NCBI GenBank assembly: GCA_018814245.1
Contig: JAHIZN010000456.1
Span: 1 to 55,768 of the forward strand
Direction of reading: 5' to 3'
DNA length: 55,768 nt
Source of the DNA: a bacterium
Lineage (GTDB): Bacteria; UBA9089; CG2-30-40-21
Part shown: piece by piece, positions 1-13,200 of the stretch
Layout of the letters: each line of letters opens with the position of its first letter
How positions within the stretch are numbered: the stretch's first letter is position 1
Translations under genes and position numbers: made by a program
The notes under the pieces: generated by a model
The model's database searches: none
Told to the model about the DNA's origin: nothing
What the model saw: the letters and a program-made list of their open reading frames with translations, nothing else

Positions 1-3000
1 CCATACCCGCTGCCGCTTATGGTAACAATTGTACCAACCGTACCGGCTGTTGGCATGACACTGTATACTTCCGGCAGGATACAGAAGGTACCCGTTGCAA
101 CCGCTGTTGTACTACTTGCCGTAACAAGTGTTTCACCATAGCCCTGCATATCAACCGTAAATGTCGTGCTGAATGAGCCATTGTTACTGGCAAATGTTTG
201 TCTGATGCTGTTGTTTGTCCCAAAGGCTATGGTTACACTATCACTGTCCGCATAGCCGGTACCAGTCACAGTCACCACTGTGCCAACCGTACCACTGCCC
301 GGCATCACGCTGACAACCTGTGGTTGAATAACAAACAAATTGCCTGCCGCAGCCTTTGCACCATTCGCCGTAATGGTTGTCGTACCATACCGCTGTGTAT
401 CAACTGTAAACGCTGCGACAAACGACCCGTCCGTGTTTGCCGATACTATCTGAATGTTGGCATTTATCCCAAGGCTAACGGTTATGGTCTCGCTTGCTGC
501 ATAACCCGTACCAGCCACAGTAACCACTGTTCCTACCGTACCAAATTCCGGCACCACACTGGTAACCTCAGGCAGAACAAAGAATCGTGCCTCTGCCATT
601 GAATCGTCAACAGCCGCTACGGTTGTTGTCCCATAGGGTTGGGCACCTGCCACAAAGCTCGTACTAAACAGACCAGTATCATTGCTGAGACAAGTAGCCA
701 CACTCCTGACAGCACCAAAGTGGATGGTGATAAGATCCATGCTGCCAAACCCAAGACCATTTACCTCAACCGTTATTCCTATGGTACCGGAAGAGGGTGA
801 AATTATTACCCCGCCAATGATCTCAAACACATTCTGAGCAGATGAGGACTGCATACTAAAGGCATTGATTGTTGTCCTGCCAACTGTCTGCGTATCCACG
901 GTAAATACTGCCTCAAAATATCCCTTACCATCTGCAACAGCTAACTGAATATTAGCATTAGTTCCAAAACCTATTATTATTGCATCTGTTGCTGCATACC
1001 CTGTGCCCTTAATGGTCACCATTGTGCCGACTACACCTGAAGATGGTCGTACAGAGAAAACATCAGGATTGATAAAGAGGCTATTTGTTGCTGCCTCTAA
1101 CGATGTTCCCCTTGCTGTAATAAGTGTACTGCCAAAGCTCTGAGTATCAATTGTAAACACAGTGGTAAACGATCCATTTATACCTGCTGTTGCTGATTGA
1201 ATGCTTTCATTTGTCCCAAACGCAACAGACACTGCATCGACTGATACATAGCCTGTGCCGCTGATTGTTACCACCATACCAACCGTACCTGTTGTTGGTG
1301 TTACGCTATACACCTCAGGCAGGATGCGGAATATATTAATCGCCAAGCTCACACCGCTTGCAGTAATGGTTGTTGTCCCAAACACTTGTGTATCAATTGT
1401 AAATGTTGTAGAGAACCAGCCACAAGTATCAGCCGCTGCTGTCTGGATGGCAGCATTTGTTCCAAAGCCTACGGTTACCCCATCATTCGCTGCATAACCA
1501 TTACCATCAACGGTTACTATTGTCCCCACGCTGCCCGATGGAGGCATAATGCTGTACACCGCGGGCAGGATACGGAAGATATTTGTTGCCGCACTTACAC
1601 CGCTTACGGTAATGGTTGTCGTTCCAAACGATTGAGTATCAACCGTAAATGTAGTGGCAAATGATCCATTTATACCTGCCGCTGCCATTTGGATGTTGGT
1701 ATTTATCCCAAAGGCTATTGTTATACTATCATTTACAGCATAACCAGTACCTGCCACGGTCACCACCATCCCAACCGTACCAGTTGTCGGCATCACACTG
1801 ACAACCGCAGGCTCGATGAAGAATGTATTCCTGGCTGTGGTTGAAAGGGTACCCCTTGCCCTTATGGTTGTTGTCCCAAACGCTTGCGTATCCACCACAA
1901 AGGAGGCAGCAAATAAACCATTTATATCAGCATAAACCGATGAGGTAATATTGGTATTATTTCCAAACTCAAAGGACATCGGGTCATATTTCCCATAACC
2001 AGAACCATTGATTGTTACCTTGGTTCCAACCGTACCACTGGTTGGTGTAACGCTATAAACCTCTGGAATAATCATAAACAAATTCAGACTGGCCTCAGAG
2101 CTTACACCCGTGGCTGTGATCGTCTTTGTTCCATAAACCTGTGTATCCACAGTAAAGTCTAAGCTAAAGAACCCGCTTGCATTTGCAGTTATTGCAGCCA
2201 TGCCGGGTTTATTACCAAAGGCAACTATTATGGCATCACTCACCGCATATCCAGCACCAGCAATGCTTACCATGGTACCTACAGAGCCGATTGATGGTGA
2301 AACCATGAACAGGCTTGCCCTGACAATAAAGCGATTGGCTGATGATGAGATACCACTGGCAGTAATGGTTGTGGTCCCATACCTCTGGGTATCGATCGTA
2401 AATGTGGTACTGAATGATCCATACGAACCTGCTGCTGCTGTCTGTATAGTGGCATTATTCCCAAACGCTATCGTAATATTGTCACTTGCAGCATAACCTG
2501 TACCGGATATGGTCACCACTGTGCCTACTGTCCCTGTTGTTGGTGACACACTGACCACCTGCGGCAGAATAACAAACACATTGCCTGCCACAGCTACAGC
2601 ACCGCTGGCAGTAATCGTGGTTGTACCAAACACTTGAGTATCAATCGTAAAGGTTGTGGTAAACGATCCCCTGCTGCTTGCTGTTGCCTGCTTAATGCTC
2701 GAATTCAATCCAAAGGCAATGGTCACGGTATCACTCGATGCATACCCTGTGCCGGATATGGTCACTATCGTACCTACCGTAGCAGCCGTTGGTGTTACCC
2801 GCCAGATTTGCGGCTTGATAAAGAATGTTGTCGCTACATTAGTAACACCGGTTGCCTTCACCGTGGTTGTACCATATCCTTGAGTGTTGACCACAAACGC
2901 CGCACTAAATACCCCGTCAGCACTGCATGTTACGGTAGTAATACCAGTGGTCAAACCAAGGTCAATCCTTACCACATCATTTGCACCAAACCCTGAGCCA

Positions 3001-4260
3001 TTCATATCAACAATTGTTCCAACTGTTCCGGTATTTGGTGAAATACTAAAGCCGCCATTAATGACAAAATAGTTGACTGCTGTCTGAGACATAAGGGCAA
3101 CAGCCTTAACTGTCACCGTACCAACCGGCTGGGTATCAACCGTAAAGGTTGTGCTGAACCAGCCGCGATTATCTGTGGTAGTTGTCTGAATGGTTGTGGT
3201 CACGCCAAAGGCAACAACTATTGCCTCACTTGCAGCAAACCCGCTGCCGCTTAAGTTAACTATTGTACCAACCGTACCGCTGCCCGGGCTTATCTGATAA
3301 ACCTGAGACTTGATAAAGAACACCCCTTTAGCCACAGCCCTTGCACCACTTGCGGTGATGGTTGTTGTCCCAAACACTTGAGTATCAATCGTAAAGGTGG
3401 TGGTGAATGAACCCTGACCACTGGCAGATGCCTGACGGATGTTGGCATTTGTTCCAAACGCCACGGTAATTGTTTCGCTTGCCGCATATCCTGTGCCAAC
3501 CAAGCTCACTATTGTGCCCACGCTTCCTGTTGTCGGGCTTACACTAACCACCTGCGGCTGGATGAAGAAGATGCTGCCTGCCACAGCGTTTGCACCAGAT
3601 GCAGTGATAGTTGTTGTCCCATACCTTTGAACATCAACCGTAAATGTGGTGCTAAATGAGCCGAAGCTGCTGACTGCTGGCTGTTTGATGCTACCGTTTA
3701 TCCCAAAGGCAACAGTTATTGTCTCGCTTGCACCGTAGCCAGTGCCCACTACAATCACCACCGTGCCAACCGTGCCAGTGATTGGACTTACACTGACAAC
3801 CTGTGGCTGGATAAAGAATACATTGCCTGCCACAGCGTTTGCACCAGATGCAGTGATAGTGCATGTCCCATACCTCTGAACATTAACCGTAAATGTGGTA
3901 GCAAATGAGCCACACACACTGGCAATTGTCGTCTGGATGCTTGCATTGGCACCAAAGGCAACGGTAACACCATCGCTTGTAGCATAACCCGTGCCACAGA
4001 TAGTCACCATCGTACCTACTGTACCAGCTGTCGGACTTACACTGACAACCTGCGGCTGAATAACAAATATACTGTGTGCTGCAGCCACTGCACCTGATGC
4101 AGTGATTGTTGTTGTTCCAAAGATTTGAGTGTCAACCGTAAAGCTGGCAGTAAACGAGCCTGCACTGCTTGCAACTGTTGTCTGAATACTTGCATTTGTC
4201 CCAAACGCCACAGTAATGGCATCACTTGCAGCATAGCCGGTACCGCTAATGGTTACCATT
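1..4260 (-). repeat. Block of about 17 modules of the QPQVVSV family. Units are 246-255 nt, with five consecutive 249-nt intervals between 2887 and 4132.
   Basis: F-x-V-D motifs at 151, 400, 649, 895, 1147, 1393, 1639, 1891, 2146, 2392, 2641, 2887, 3136, 3385, 3634, 3883 and 4132. Translated units resemble FFIQPQVVSVSPTTGSVGTIVSLVGTGYAASETITVAFGTNANIRQASASGQGSFTTTFTIDTQVFGTTTITASGARAVA. Neighbouring copies share exact stretches such as gcctgccacagcgtttgcaccagatgcagtgatagt. Overall DNA identity is lower than in the 246-nt arrays, very roughly 75-85% by eye. Confidence 0.7.
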
Positions 4261-7200
4261 GTACCTACCGTACCAATTGACGGCACCACAGATGTCACCT
4301 TAGCCTCAATAGAAAAGCTTGTGTACGCTGGCTTAGTGGAAACAGTCCCCTCTGCTGCTACGGTTAAGATACCATAGCTCTGAGTATTCACGGTAAAGAC
4401 AGCCTCAAATTCACCGCTATTGTTGGCTGTTGTGTAGATAATGCCCTGTGTGGTCCCAAGTGAAACCCTTACCTGCTCAGACGCTGCATAGCCATTACCA
4501 TTTAGGGTAATTATTGTACCCACAATGCCCTTATTCGGGGTAATCATGGTAATGTTGGTTTTAATAATAAAGTAAGCCTCAGCCATTGCTTCGCTTATCA
4601 GCCCTGTTGCCTTAATGGTTGTGGTGCCATAGACTTGAGTATCTACTGTAAACTTAGCCAAAAATCCGCCATACTGGTCCGCTGTTGTTGTTGTAATCGT
4701 ACCTGTCCAGCCAAAGTCTACACTGACAGTCTCACCCGGCAGATAGCCATTGCCCTCAACCGTTGCCATCACGCCTACGGTTCCACCGGGTGGTGAGAAT
4801 CGCGGCAAGACATTGGTTATCTGAGCATTCACAAAGAATCTCGTCGTAGCTGTTCCGGCTATTGGGCTTACAGCCACAACCGTCCTTGTCCCATAAGGCT
4901 GAACATCAACCGTAAACGAAACACTGAATGACCCATTCTGGCTTGAGGTCAGGCTGCCAAGTGCCGGGCTCCAACCAATACCAAATGTTACAACCTCACT
5001 TGCACCATAGCCTGCACCAACCATGCTTACCAATGTCCCAACGCTGCCCCTGTTTGGTGTTATCATCAGGATACCGGATAATATCCTGAATTGATTGTAA
5101 GCAGACTTGCCGCTACCTTGGGCAATAATTGTTGTCGAGCCAAACACTTGAGTGTCAACCGTAAATGAAGCCGTGAATGACCCCTGCCCACTGGCAACCG
5201 CTGTCTGGATGCCCGCATTAGTACCAAAGGCAACGCTCACAGCATCACTGTCCGCATAGCCTGTGCCGTAAATCGTTACCACCGTACCAACTGTTCCGAT
5301 CGTTGGCATCACACTCACAACCTGTGGCTGGATGCAGAATACATTCATGGCAGTACTCACACCACTTGCCGTAATCGTTGTCGTGCCAAACGACTGGACA
5401 TCAACCGTAAAGCTGGTTGTAAATGACCCACGCTGACTGGCAGCTGCTGTCTGGATACTGGCACTGGCACCAAAGGCAACGCTAACAGCATCACCTGATG
5501 CATAGCCTGTACCGCTAATCGTTACCACCGTGCCAACCGTTCCTGATATTGGCAACACATTATAAACCTGCGGTTTAATAAAGAATGCTGCCTCAGACGA
5601 GACAATATCTATTGCCTTAATTGTTGTTGTGCCATAAACTTGAGTATCAACCGTAAATACAGCATTAAATACCCCTAACCCATTAGTGGTTGCATAGCTA
5701 ATACTCTTTGTTGTCCCAAGATTAATCCAGATAAAGTCTGCTGCCTCATACCCATCACCAATAACCGTTACAAGTGTCCCAACCGTACCAGTGCTTGGTG
5801 TTACTGTCTTGATTCGAGGCGTAACAAAGAATGTAGATATGGTAGATTGACCAGATGTTTGACCATTAGCTGAAATGGTTGTTGTCCCATAGGGTTGAGC
5901 ATCCACACTAAAGCTGCCGGAGAATACACCATTTGCGGCAGAGATTATGACCTTAATCCCTTGTGTTACACCAACATCAACCCTGACCAATTCACTCATT
6001 CCATACCCGTCCCCTGCAATGGATACTATTGTCCCAACGCTGCCCCTTGTGGGTGTACTGGTTACTATCCTGCCTGTCAGAATAAATCCGCGCCAATCGG
6101 TCTGGTTCTGGTCATCAACATTGGTAGCTACAACTGTCTGCCAACCAGAAACCTGAGTATCAACCGTAAAGCTGATGTCAAAGGTACCGTCCGCGGCTGC
6201 TTGCTGGATAGCAATGCTCTTGCTGGCACCAAAGTCAATCTTGATCATTGCAGATGGCTGATAGTTGCTGCCAAATACCCTGATAATTGTGCCAATCGTT
6301 CCCCTTGTCGGTAACATAGAGACAATACCGGGTTTGACTGTAAACCGTATGTCATACTCATCCCTTGCCCCTGTATTCATACCTGTAGCCGTAATTGTTG
6401 CCACACCGCCAGGTTGACTTGTAACAACAAACTGTGCCGTAAAGCTGCCTGCCGCATTTGCAACCACAACTACAATCGCTATGTTCGTACCAAAATCAAC
6501 CTTTATTGGCTCACTCTTACCATAACCATTACCCCTGACCTCGACCACAGCATCTGTTGGACCAGCAATCGGATACACATAATATATATTTGGAGCTATG
6601 GCAAAGCCTGTCCCAATATTCTCGGTTGAGCTGACCCCATACACTGAGACTGTATTTGTCCCATAAGGCTGATCATCGGCTGTAAATACTGTTGTAAATG
6701 TACCTGCCCCTGTTGCCTGAACCGTTGACAGGGTAACAGTAGTACCAAAACTCATCCTTACGGTTTCGCTGCTGCCATACCCTGTCCCACTGACGGTAAT
6801 AAGACTGCCAACCGTTCCCTTAATCGGAGTCATCAGGGTCAGATTGCCTCGAATCATTACTGTCCTGATACTCTCATCACTAACCCCTCTTGCTGTAACC
6901 GTAGTTGTACCATAACCCTGAGTGTTTATGGTAAAGACACGAGTAAATGTCCCGCCGGTTGAGGCACTAAATGATAGAATTGTTTTTGTTGTTCCAAAAT
7001 CAACATTAATGGTCTCATAGATACCATATCCATTACCATTTAAGGTGACTATTGTCCCAACCAACCCTACCGTTGGTGTAATCGAATAGATGCTCGGCTT
7101 GATCTTGAATGCAATTGAAGATACCGCATCAGTATTTAACCCTGTTGCTGTCACACTCTTTGTCCCACTGAACTGTGTATCAACCGTAAACACAGCCGTA

Positions 7201-10200
7201 AACACACCATTTACATTTGAACTTACCAGAACAATGGTTGGTGTAGCACCAAAAGATAGATGAACAGACTCTGATAAACCATAGCCATTACCAACCACAG
7301 TCACCATTGTACCGATTGTTCCTTCCTGGGGTGATATGGAAACTATCTGTTGGATAACCTCGAATCTTGTATTTGCCGAGTATTGACTTGTTAGCCCTGT
7401 TGCAATAACCGTTGTTGTACCATACGGTTGAGCACCAATGGTAAATGTATTTGAGAATTGTCCGCCTGTATTGGCCACCATGGTTGCTATTGACCCAATC
7501 TGCCCAAAGCCAACCCTGATAACCTCACCACTCATATACCCATTACCACTTAAGAGAACCACTGTTCCCACGGTACCAATAGTTGGCGTAATCTCAAATA
7601 TCTGCGGAACAACAAAGAACAGATTATTGGCTGAGGACGAATACATACCCTTAGCCACAATGGTTGTTGTCCCAAACACTTGAGTATTTACCGTAAAGCT
7701 TAAAACAAAGACGCCATCAGCATCAGCCAATTTATTCTTTAAGATCTCAACAGTTGTACCAAAATCAATAGTAATAAGGTCATTCGCCGTATACCCATTA
7801 CCGCTAATGGTTATAGCTGCACCCACTGTACCGCTTGTTGGCATAACCCCATAGAATTGTGGTGTAATAAAGAAATATTTGTCTGCTGACGAAGAGCTGA
7901 TACCAGTAGCATTAATGGTTGTTGTACCATAGGGTTGAGTATTTACGATAAAGGCAGCCGTAAATATCCCCAAACTGTTGGTTATAGTCTCACATATTGG
8001 CTCAGGAATAGTACCAAACCTGACATATACGGTTTCTGAGCCAGCATAACCCTGACCAGAGATAATAACCGGGCTGCCAATTGTTCCTGATACAGGTTCA
8101 ACCCGGATCAATTCCGGAAGGATAGTAAAGCAGCTTGTAGCCGTACCCGCCACTGCACCCTTTGCCGAAATAATTGTACTACCATAGACTTGCGTATCAA
8201 CCACAAACATGGTTGTAAATTCACCTATAGCATTTGCTGTTGTCTCGCAGATGCTTGGCGTACTGCCAAAGTCAACCTGAATACTATCAGTTACCCCATA
8301 CCCATTGCCCATGATCATAACATGAGTACCAATGGTACCTTGTGATGGAGAAACTGTAATAACCCTTGGCAGAATCCTGATGTAGTCCTCAACCATGGTT
8401 TCTGCACCCATAGCCATAAGGGTTACTGTCCCATAAGGCTGGACATCAACCGTAAATTCTAAACTAAATGTGCCTATATCTGATGTTACAATATTACCAA
8501 TATTTGGTGTTGTCCCAAAACCAATAGTTACGGCATCAGCTGGTACAAATCCTGCCCCAATAATGTTTACTATGCTGCCAACACTGCAGGAGACAGGTGT
8601 AATCAGGATAATCTTTGGTATGATCAATAGAATATTTTCACTCACTTCACTAGAATTCATACCAAGACAAAGGATTGTTTTTGTTCCCTGGGGCTGGCTA
8701 TCTACAATGAAACTCCCACTAAACCAGCCATTCGCATCAGTACTAATTTCGTCCTGACCAGCCTGCTTATCAGCAAAGATAATAATCACTATTTCTGTAC
8801 TGTCATAACCATTGCCCTCAATATTAACAGTTGTTCCTACAGGTACCCGACATGGAGAAACCACAGATATATTACCCTTAATCCTGAAGGCTGCCTCACC
8901 TATAAGCCCTTCAGTATCTATTGCCACTACACTCCTTGAGCCATAAGGCTGCATGTCAACCGTAAATACAGCCTCAAACCTGCCATTTGCACCTATTATT
9001 GCCGTATTAGCAATATTTGCTGTACTGCCAAAGCTCAATACTATCCCTTGCCCAGCATGGTAGCCATCACCCGTAACCGTAACCACGCTTCCAACCACAC
9101 CAGAGGATGGTGAAAGATTGGCAATTCTCTGGGTAACCTTGAACATGCTACTTATCTGCTGCCTCGATATATTTCCATAAGCAACAATTGTTGCTGTTCC
9201 ATAAGGCTGATTATCAACCATAAATCTTGTACTAAAGCTGCCCCCGGCAGTTGCTGTAGCTATGGTAATTGTTTTGGTTGTGCCAAGATCAATTCGAATG
9301 GTCTCTGACGCTGCATATCCATTCCCTGTTATACTCACCCATGTTCCAACCGTACCGATAGAAGGTGTTAACAAGGTAATATTACCGCTAAGCAGGAATA
9401 TCCTGCTGCCACGGGCACCAGAGGTCTTACCAACAGCCTCAATGGTCACATTACCATAGCTTTGCATATCAACCGTAAAGGTTGTTGCAAATGTCCCGCC
9501 ATTACCAGATCCTGTTTCAAAACTGGCAATAGTACTTGTTATCTTGTTTGTCGTACCAAATTTCACATCTATTGTTTCGCTATACTTATAGCCTGCCCCG
9601 CTAATGGTTACTATCCTGCCCACCGTTCCAATGAATGGTATGGCTGTAGCAATATTACCCTGTATAAAGAAGTAATCATCATCCATTGCCAAACCACCTT
9701 CAGTATTGTAATTCTTCGCAATAATAGTGGTTGTACCATAGCACTGTGAATTCACTACAAATGTAGCACAGAATGTCCCCATGGGTGAAGCAGATACAGG
9801 GCTTCCAGCATTAAGGGGAATAGCTAATGTCTTTCCAAAGTTTATGGTCATACCGCTATTTGGCCAGAATCCGGCACCATATACGGTTACAGTCATTCCA
9901 ACCGTTCCACTACTTGGTGTTACAAGGGTAATCCCTGATTGCATCCAGAAGGTACTTGTGGTCGTGGCATTAGAATTCAGACCAAGTATCGGTATATTTA
10001 CCTCACCCTTTGCCTGAACATCTACGGTAAAGGTTGTCTTAAACCAACCACTTGCATTTGTACTTGTCATTTGTATGGTTGGTGTTGTCCCAAACCCTAT
10101 CTTTATTGCTTCTGATACTCCAAACCCATTACCTTCAATGGTAACTATTTTTCCTGAGAATCCAGTAGTCGGGTTCAGGGTGATAATATTTGGCAGGATA

Positions 10201-13200
10201 ATAAATGGTCTGGTCATGGTCACATTACTTTGTTTACCAGTAGCCCTGACGGTTGTAGAGCCACAGGATTGTACATCTATCGTAAATGTCGTACTAAATG
10301 CACCCTGATCCGTAGCCTTATTATTGGTATCAGACACAATCCCAATTGATGTTCCAAAGTCTATTCTGACACCCTCAAGACCACCATAACCACGACCCTC
10401 GACCACTACCTGACACCCAACCGTACCCATAGATGGTTCAATCTTTGTAATCTCGCCCTCAATATAGAATGGCACCTTAACTATCAGACCCTGATTATCT
10501 GCTTCTGACACAGTCACAAAGATATTTCCACCAGGCTGAGGTTCTGCATCATCAATCATAGCCGTAAATGTACCAAGCATTGATGTGTATGGGCTAAAAC
10601 CTGTATTCGGATCAACACCCCTCCACACATGACTGCCAAGATCTACCTCAATCAAAACAGTATCTGGATACACACTGTAACCATTCAGCGATGGCTCCCA
10701 ACCATCACCATTGATAATGATCGGCGTACCAATTGTACCCCGGGTTGGACTTATCGAGTATACCCTTGGAGTAAGCTTGAACCAGTCAATATCCATACGG
10801 TTGGATGTCTGACCTGTAGCAGTAATGGTCTTGCTACCATAGAATTGTGGATCACTAATGGTAAAGGTTGTAGAGAATTTGCCATTACCATCTGTCATGG
10901 GCTTGTTGATATTAATTGCTGTACCAAGGTCAATCTGAACATACTCGCTTGCATAATAACCTGCACCTTGCACGGTTACCACTGTACTCACTGGTCCTGA
11001 TGTCGGCTTGACCATGGTAATACCTGTAATAATAAAGAGCTGGTCATCCTTATCCCATGTATCTGTATCCTTTGCCCAAACAGTTATGCTGCCAGAGGCT
11101 TGAGTATCAACAAGGAAGGCAATACTAAAGCTGCCATTAATATCAGTATTACCGCCAGTTATTTCCAATGATGCACCAAAATCTATAACAATCAACTGCT
11201 CTCCACTAAACCCATTACCAAATACAGTAATCATAGCCCCAACCGTAGCTGAGTATGGAGAGATATAGGTAATAGCACCACGGATAAAGAAGCCTGTATC
11301 TGCCGGACACTTTGTTACCTGACCAGTACCCGTAATGGATTTATCCCCATAGACCTGCGTGTTTATGGTAAAGGTTGTACTGAATGTCCCTGACCAATCT
11401 GTGGTTACAAACCTGACAGATGGTGTAGTGCCAAAATCAATCCTTACCCTTTCATACAACCCATATCCAGTACCCTTAATGGTCACAATTGTTCCCACGG
11501 TTGCTGAAGTCGGCGTTACCCAGACCATCTGCGGGGTGATAAAGAACCTGTTTTCGGCTGCATGATTAGTATTTACACCAACTGCCTTGACGGTCTTTGT
11601 CCCATATACCTGAGTATCTATGGTGAATGTTGCTACAAATGTTCCTATATCTGAAGACTGCCCTGATGTAATATTGCTTGTTATGCCAAAGCTGACATTT
11701 ACGGTCTCATTTGCACCATATCCAGTACCGCTGATATTAACAGGTGTACCAACCGTACCTGTCGTTGGCACTACACTTACCACCTCTGGTGTAATACAGA
11801 ATACATTAACCGCTGAGGTTACACCACTGGCAATAATTGTTGTTGTGCCATACACTTGAGTATCAACTATAAAGCCGGCTGCAAATGAGCCATAATTGCC
11901 TACAACTGTGGTGGTTATGCTGACATTAGTACCAAACGCCACAGTAATAACATCGCTTGTCATATAACCGGTACCGCTAATAGTTACCATCGTGCCAACT
12001 GTGCCGGTTGAAGGCATCACACTAACAACCTGTGGTAAGATGCAGAAGCTATTGGTCGCTGAGCTTATACCGCTGGCTGTAATTGTAGTAGTTCCATAGG
12101 TTTGTGTATCAACCGTAAATATTGTGGTAAATGAGCCATATTGACCGGCAACTGTCGCATGGATGTTAACATTGGTACCAAAGGCAATATTCACAACATC
12201 ACCCGTTGCATAGCCTGTACCTGAAATCGTCACCACCGTGCCAACCGTGCCTGCTTGCGGCATTACGCTGACGACCTGCGGCAGAATGCAGAACACATTG
12301 ACCGCTGAGCTTACACCACTGACCGTAATGGTTGTCGTCCCATATTGCTGGACATCAACCGTAAACGCTGTGGTGAATGATCCATACTGCCCGGCGGACG
12401 CTTGCTGAATGCTGGCATTGGTGCCAAGGGCAATGTTCACAACATCATCCGCGCCGTAGCCTGTGCCTGAAATCGTAACATTTGTGCCAATCGTGCCTGC
12501 TTGCGGCATTACACTGACGACCTGCGGCTGAATACAGAACACATTAACCGCTGAGCTTACACCACTGACCGTAATGGTTGTCGTCCCATATTGCTGGACA
12601 TCAACCGTAAACGCTGTGGTGAATGATCCATGCTGACAGGCGGACGCTTGCTGAATGTTGGCATTGGTACCAAAGGCAATGTTCACAGCATCACCCGCGC
12701 CGTAGCCTGTGCCTGAAATCGTAACATTCGTACCAACCGTGCCTGCTTGCGGCATTACGCTGACGACCTGCGGCAGAATGCAGAACACATTAACCGCTGA
12801 GCTTACACCGCTGACAATAATGGTTGTCGTCCCATATTGCTGGACATCAACCGTAAACACTGTGGTGAATGATCCATGCTGACCGGCAATTGCTGTCTGA
12901 ATGTTGACATTGGTTCCAAAGGCAACAGTCACAGCATCACTTGCTGCATAACCATTGCCGCGAATGGTCACCACCGTACCAACCGTACCGGTTAAAGGTG
13001 ATACGCTGATCACCTGTGGCGAGATACAGAATATATTGACCGCTGAACCTACACCAGCAGCAATAATGGTTGTTGTACCAAATCGCTGAACATCAACCGT
13101 AAAGTTGGTGGTAAATGAACCCTGCTGGCTGGCAACTGTTGTGGCTCGGCTAATATTGGTGCCAAATGACACCTTAATATTATCATTAGCTGCATATCCG

